Below are positions 50,153 to 55,235 of a stretch of DNA of 55,235 bases, one piece after another. A program made the translations under genes and the position numbers. The DNA comes from Girardia tigrina (taxonomy: Eukaryota): contig MQRK01234412.1 of assembly GCA_001938485.1 (NCBI GenBank), positions 1 through 55,235 on the forward strand. The letters are read 5' to 3'. Under the pieces are notes generated by a model. That model ran no database searches, had not been told where the DNA came from, and was given only the letters and a program-made list of their open reading frames with translations. Position 1 is the stretch's first letter. Each line of letters opens with the position of its first letter.

Positions 50153-51185
50153 GAACAAGCCAGGCAACAATATAATTAATAACATTCTAGAAAAGTATCG
50201 AAAAAATTAGTAATTGTGTTGATAATCTACCTAAAAATAGTTTTGGAATTTGTTAAATAAAAAAGAAAAATAATAACAAATTAATCGAGAAAATCTTTAA
50301 AATCAAATCAAGCTTTCCACTGGAAATCGAGAAATACCACAACAAATACATTTTGGAAAAATATAAAAAAAACTGATAAAAAACTAGAAGTTGGATGACT
50401 AGCAATACCTTTATTTTAAAAGGGTTTCGGCAACAATATAATCTATATTTAAAATAAATATATTTATATCGGGATGTATTTATGAACTTTGGAAAAATAA
50501 TATAAATTATGTAACATAAATTGAAATGCCTTGAAATTAAAAAAAATCTCTAGAAATATCAAGTGCGGATAAAATTGTCCAAAATTTATTTTTTAAATAA
50601 ATAATTCACCAATTAAGCCAAAATTGTGAAACTTTTTTCGTATTTTAAATCTTTATCAATTGATTTATAAAAAAATCGAAAGCAGAAGAAGAGAAAGAGT
50701 CAATAAAATGAGAATTTTTTCTAAAACGTATTTATCTTTTGCAAAATCTAATTCATCAGAAGCTGAAAACGATTCCTCAAGAGTTCTAACGTTTTGCAAC
50801 TTATAGTTGAAAAATTATCATTTCCATTTTTTATCTGAAAGAACAAAAAAGAAGAACAAAGTCTCTTTTAGAAAAAATATAAATAAATATTTAAGTATAT
50901 AGAATAATAAACTTTAATAGGGAAAAGTATTTTAAGTATTTAAACATTTAATCGCTTTTCAAATAAATTAAGTCTTATGGAAGAAATTCTCTCAGAACAA
51001 AAGCGAAAATTAAATTTATCCATTTTAGAGGGGTTTTCGATTAGAGAAAAACAATTTTTTAATAACTTAATTTTCTCCATTAAAGGTTTATTTATTAATA
51101 ATTAAACATTTCAATTTTTATGAAGACAAAAAGACAATGGTCAATTTCAATCAATTAAATTAATTAATTTATTAAAAATTCATCC

Positions 51186-51231
<46 letters not shown>

Positions 51232-51272
51232 AAATTTAGAAATTAATCGGGTTCACAGTAATATCGATTTTT

Positions 51273-51315
51273 CATTATACATTTCGACGGTTAAACTGTC
51301 ATATTCAAATAACTG
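51273..51315 (-). ncRNA. Decayed hammerhead-like relic (Penelope pLTR)
   Basis: UUGAAUA-U-GACAGUU-U-AACCGUC-GAAAUGUA: helix II and GAAA retained, CUGANGA core mutated. Confidence 0.35.
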
Positions 51316-52287
51316 TTTATTTTTCCATTCTTTTTATTAACTTACTTTCTACATAGGTATATATATATATATTTATGGAATTTAGAAACCTGTTTTTGAA
51401 GGCCTTCTATTGAATCGATTTTATTCAAACTTTGCATACTTACTCATTCTCGATGAAAATAAATGATTATGTAAAAATTTGATCGAAATAATCTTTTTAA
51501 GATCCCAAAATGAGAAAAAAAACGGAAAATTCAGAGTTCCCGAACAATATTAATTGCAAGATATTTACTTATAAATCATAAGTAGTTTATATTAATTTTT
51601 AATGTTTTTTTAATTGAAATTTTTTAAATTTTAAAATCTTTGTTGGCAAAGCATAGTTATCTCTGCATAAAGAATGGATATAAAAAAATAATTTATTGAT
51701 CTACTTGTTAATAGTCTACTTACGATATGTTTGCCTTGACATGTAAACAATTTTCAATAAACTATGTGACTATTAACATTCGTATCCACTGACATAACTA
51801 CGTGCCCTCGTCTGTTCAAGGTTGGTTACCGGCGATACACGTGTCCTAATCTCTCCAGTCGTTGGCGGCCGGCTGGGCATGAATATATACCACGTTTTTT
51901 GTCGATTGTTTTGGTTGTTTTTACAACACACATCTTATTTTATAAGACGTTGGGAATGGATTTTTTATTTATATTGTGTCTATTATGAATGAATTTCAAG
52001 TTTTTATTTTTAAATTCTGAAACAAAGTTCCAGCCCGTGGCGAAAGTTTTATGATTTATAGTGGGGCCGTGATAGTGTTAATACCCGAAACATTTTGACA
52101 ATAATAATAATATTGGTGTGTTAACCCGTCCTAAGACAAGTTATATTGCTGAATTAATATTATATTAACTCGTTCAATGAAAGCAAAGTCTGTAAGTTGA
52201 TTTTATTACTGATAGTCATAGCGTACGTAAAGACTAGCGAGAACTACCTTCACATAAATATAAAGGGGATTTCTACTTCACTTTGAA

Positions 52288-53372
52288 CCAAATCAGTACA
52301 AAATGTACCGATTCAGACTGATTATGTCACAAAAAACATGACAGAAAAAATGTCACAGGAAAAAACATAGCAACATTTTTATAAATTAGTAAATTAAAAT
52401 ATGATAAACATTACTGTGGCAGAAATTGTTTGTGGTAAACGTCGTCGCAAAATGATGATAAAAGTTAATTATGAAATTATAAAAAATAATTCATTAAATT
52501 ATGCAAGCGAAAAATAAAGTCTTCTGAACATGTTGAGCTATTGGTTGCCGTTTAAATATAATAAATTTCTAAATTAATTTTTTGAATAATTTCTTTCCAG
52601 AAACATATTTTAAAATTCCACAATGATAAGTTTTAACTAAAAAAACAAATTTAAATGTACGAACAATGGTAATTTATTTTTAAAAAAACAGAAGTAAAAG
52701 TCTTTTGGAAATGTAACCAACATAAGAACAAAAGATGTCACACAAAAATTCACACTGTTGGAGACAATGTAATTGAACGGTTGAAAGATCATAACCATAC
52801 AGGAAGCATGGCTTGTCTTGATTTTTAGAAGTACTTAAACATATAATAAAGATCGTGTCCGGATCACTTAAGAAGGACTTTAAAACATTTTAACAGTGGC
52901 CAATAATACAATATCTTCAGTGGCTACTGGTCAAATGCAATCCTTTGAGTCTGTTAAAAAAACGATTGAAAACATTAGAAATGTGACCAAAAAAGTTCCT
53001 CGAAATTCTGCTGGATTCTATGACTTGGTTCTACATCCAACTGGAAACAAGATTGTGCGTTAACTAAATTTTAAATGGCGTCCATTATATCTTTCCATAA
53101 TGCTTTTGCAAATAAGATTCAGAAAGGATATTTTATTTTACTAAGTTATTTTCTGTTTAAAAATTGGAAAATCTATTAATTAAAATTTCGCAGTAAAATA
53201 TTGTCATCATTTCTGCTATGTAATTTACAAGAAAAATATTATCATCATTAATGTGATGAAGAAAAACTATTTTACGATGTTTTTCCCGTGCATTTTTTTG
53301 TTCAAAGTTTTATTAAAACCAAGTTTTTGTTTAAAAATAGTTTGAGTGCATTTGGTACATTTTTCTGATTGG
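52288..53372 (+). mobile_element. MULE (Mutator-like) relic with FLYWCH zinc finger
   Basis: KVFWKCNQHKNKRCHTKIHTVGDNVIERLKDHNH (52690-52800), then ...SVKKTIENIR; degenerate long inverted ends CCAAATCAGTACAAAATGTACC / GGTACATTTTTCTGATTGG. Confidence 0.72.
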
Positions 53373-53949
53373 GGGATGAACGTCTTTAAAGAAGAGAAAG
53401 AGGAGAAAGAACCTTAGAGCTAAGCGTTTTAACTTTGCGAATCAGAAGAGCAGACCAGCACTCGTGAGCCTATAATTGCAATCATTCATCGTCGTTAGAT
53501 CTCGAGATCAATCACTATAAGTATAAATTAACAAGTCAAACAGATTGAGTTATGACACAAGAGATACAACATACATAAAAAGGGGACTCTACTTCTGCCA
53601 TACATAGCAGTCCCTCATTAGATGAACACACATGAGAAGGGATCGATAACACCTGTTTCATACACACATATAAACAGTGATCTCTTTCTCAACATGTATT
53701 CTCAACGATACCAAGCACTGCATTGTGCCTTGCATTCCAGAAGTTACTTAGAGAAGGGTGCAAAGGTCTCATCGTAAAAACGACGACATTGAATGTGGAT
53801 ATCAACACTGGCACGACATTTAACAGGAATTCTGTACGATCTTTCTTTATCAGTAAAGTTAGATTCAGCTCCTATTAATTTACCTACGTATATGCTCGAG
53901 GTGTAGAATACAGAAAGTGAAAGTCAAGAAACTACAAGCACTTGATTGC

Positions 53950-54464
53950 TCTTTTCCACTTTACCAATTTGAGCCAAGTAATTCACTATTATTTGCTTCG
54001 TAACAGCAAACGTTAGCTATAAATCGAGGTCCCTTTGTGATAGATCCAACTCCACGATTACCTTCAGATCGTCATTGTCTATCTGCTTTTCTGAGCGACT
54101 CTAAGACACATCATTAAGATTGAAATTACTTTTTATAAATTTTCTGAACCAATTTGAGACTGTCTGCTGCATAGTAGCATTTCATTCGAATACATTAGTG
54201 ATGTTTCGCATTGTTTCTGATGCTGAGGTTTCATGTTGAAACTCTTACTTCATAATAATTCGAATTTCTGCCTTTTCCATTTTAAAATACTGATTATTCA
54301 AGCATTTTATCATGAACCATAATTAATATTTATTGATGTAATCAACAGACAATATACATTGTAATCAAACAAAAAAACTGAGAAAGAAAATGTTAACTCT
54401 TAGTCAAATTATAACTCTGAATTTATTGTAATCATGCCTACAAATTTCATACTTGACAACCTAA
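53950..54464 (-). mobile_element. mariner 5' half with left TIR
   Basis: TA|TTAGGTTGTCAAGTATGAAATT TIR; MEKAEIRIIMK*EF...ASETMRNI...TVSNWFRKF...DNDDLKVIVE...LAQIGKV from 54280. Confidence 0.85.
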
Positions 54465-54466
54465 TA

Positions 54467-54965
54467 CACCTATCCCCCGATTTACACGGTAGATACGTTC
54501 TTGAGAAAAACGTTTAAATCGAAAATTAGAAATTTTCAAGTCAAAACCGTGTAAATCGAAAAGCTTGCAGAAAATTCATAATTTTGCTATTTAACAGTTG
54601 TGATTTTTTTTCAATATTTTTAGGAGTACACAGAAATAAAAATAAAATGCATTGACAGATTAAAATATGTAATATATTACGGAAACACTGTTTTTTTATT
54701 TAATTACAATACATTAAACAGAAGAACAAAAAATAAAACCAAAGGTGTATTAATATCCTTCATCACTGTCAGAAATTACTCTAATTCTTTTTTTCGGAAT
54801 CGAAGGTTCGAATTCACTTTCATCACTCGAAGTTATTTGTGCCGATTCGATGTGTGAAGCAGAAATATTTATATTATGAGAGATGGTAATAAAATCGGTT
54901 ATTAACAATTGCTTCGAATTTTTTGTAAGATCTTTGTAAACTTCTTCATATTGAGCCAAGCAGCG
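54467..54965 (-). mobile_element. pogo/Tigger-like element 3' end
   Basis: LAQYEEVYKDLTKNSKQLLITDF...SDSDE C-terminus; terminal TA|CACCTATCCCCCGATTTACACGG and CGTGTAAATCG repeats. Confidence 0.7.
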
Positions 54966-55081
54966 ATTTAATGGAAATTTTAATGTGTTATTATGTAAAG
55001 TAAGAATTATTTTTCAGGTTATATAAATTTTTTTTATATTTCAATAATATGTATATTAATTTTTTAAGAGATTTTAACATT

Positions 55082-55118
<37 letters not shown>

Positions 55119-55122
<4 letters not shown>

Positions 55123-55235
55123 AGGGATTAAATTAGAAGCTAAAATTTTTGATGGATAATTAATTTAATTTAAATTAATTTAGTTGATTCCGCGTGGAAT
55201 TTAAATTGAATTAATTAAATTAATTTTAATGAATA
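55119..55235 (+). mobile_element. Probable LTR start next to (TA)n; runs off the window
   Basis: TGTTAGGG, the same terminus as the 19992-20669 LTR family. Confidence 0.35.

Overview
AT-rich eukaryotic (animal) draft-assembly window with fixed-size N gaps and (TA)n microsatellites. The repeat families and an 18S relic tentatively suggest a freshwater planarian (inference, not proven). Two host genes are well supported. TCP-1 alpha/CCT1 lies on the minus strand at 7482-9254, has 2 coding exons and is strikingly GC-rich. Radial spoke head 3 (RSPH3) lies on the plus strand at 32832-48086, has 8 coding exons and encodes ~412 aa. Most of the rest is a nested transposon graveyard: Ty3/gypsy pol and integrase relics, several solo LTRs with 4-bp TSDs (one 3.05 kb long, splitting an integrase), mariner, an IS630/Tc1-like DD33E transposase, hAT transposase and MITEs with 8-bp TSDs, pogo/Tigger, MULE (FLYWCH), Helitron/Helentron-like elements, and Penelope-like fragments with degenerate hammerhead ribozymes. 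There is also a dispersed 18S rDNA fragment. No CRISPR or prokaryotic system is present, and I cannot demonstrate a wholly new biological system. The best leads are the GC gradient of the almost intronless CCT1, the 3-kb solo LTR, a very young 159-bp inverted duplication, an orphan RING-finger ORF possibly from a RING-transposase fusion, a Helitron flanked by an unexpected 9-bp duplication, and orphan CpG-rich exon-like islands. All coordinates were read by eye; boundaries of decayed elements are approximate.
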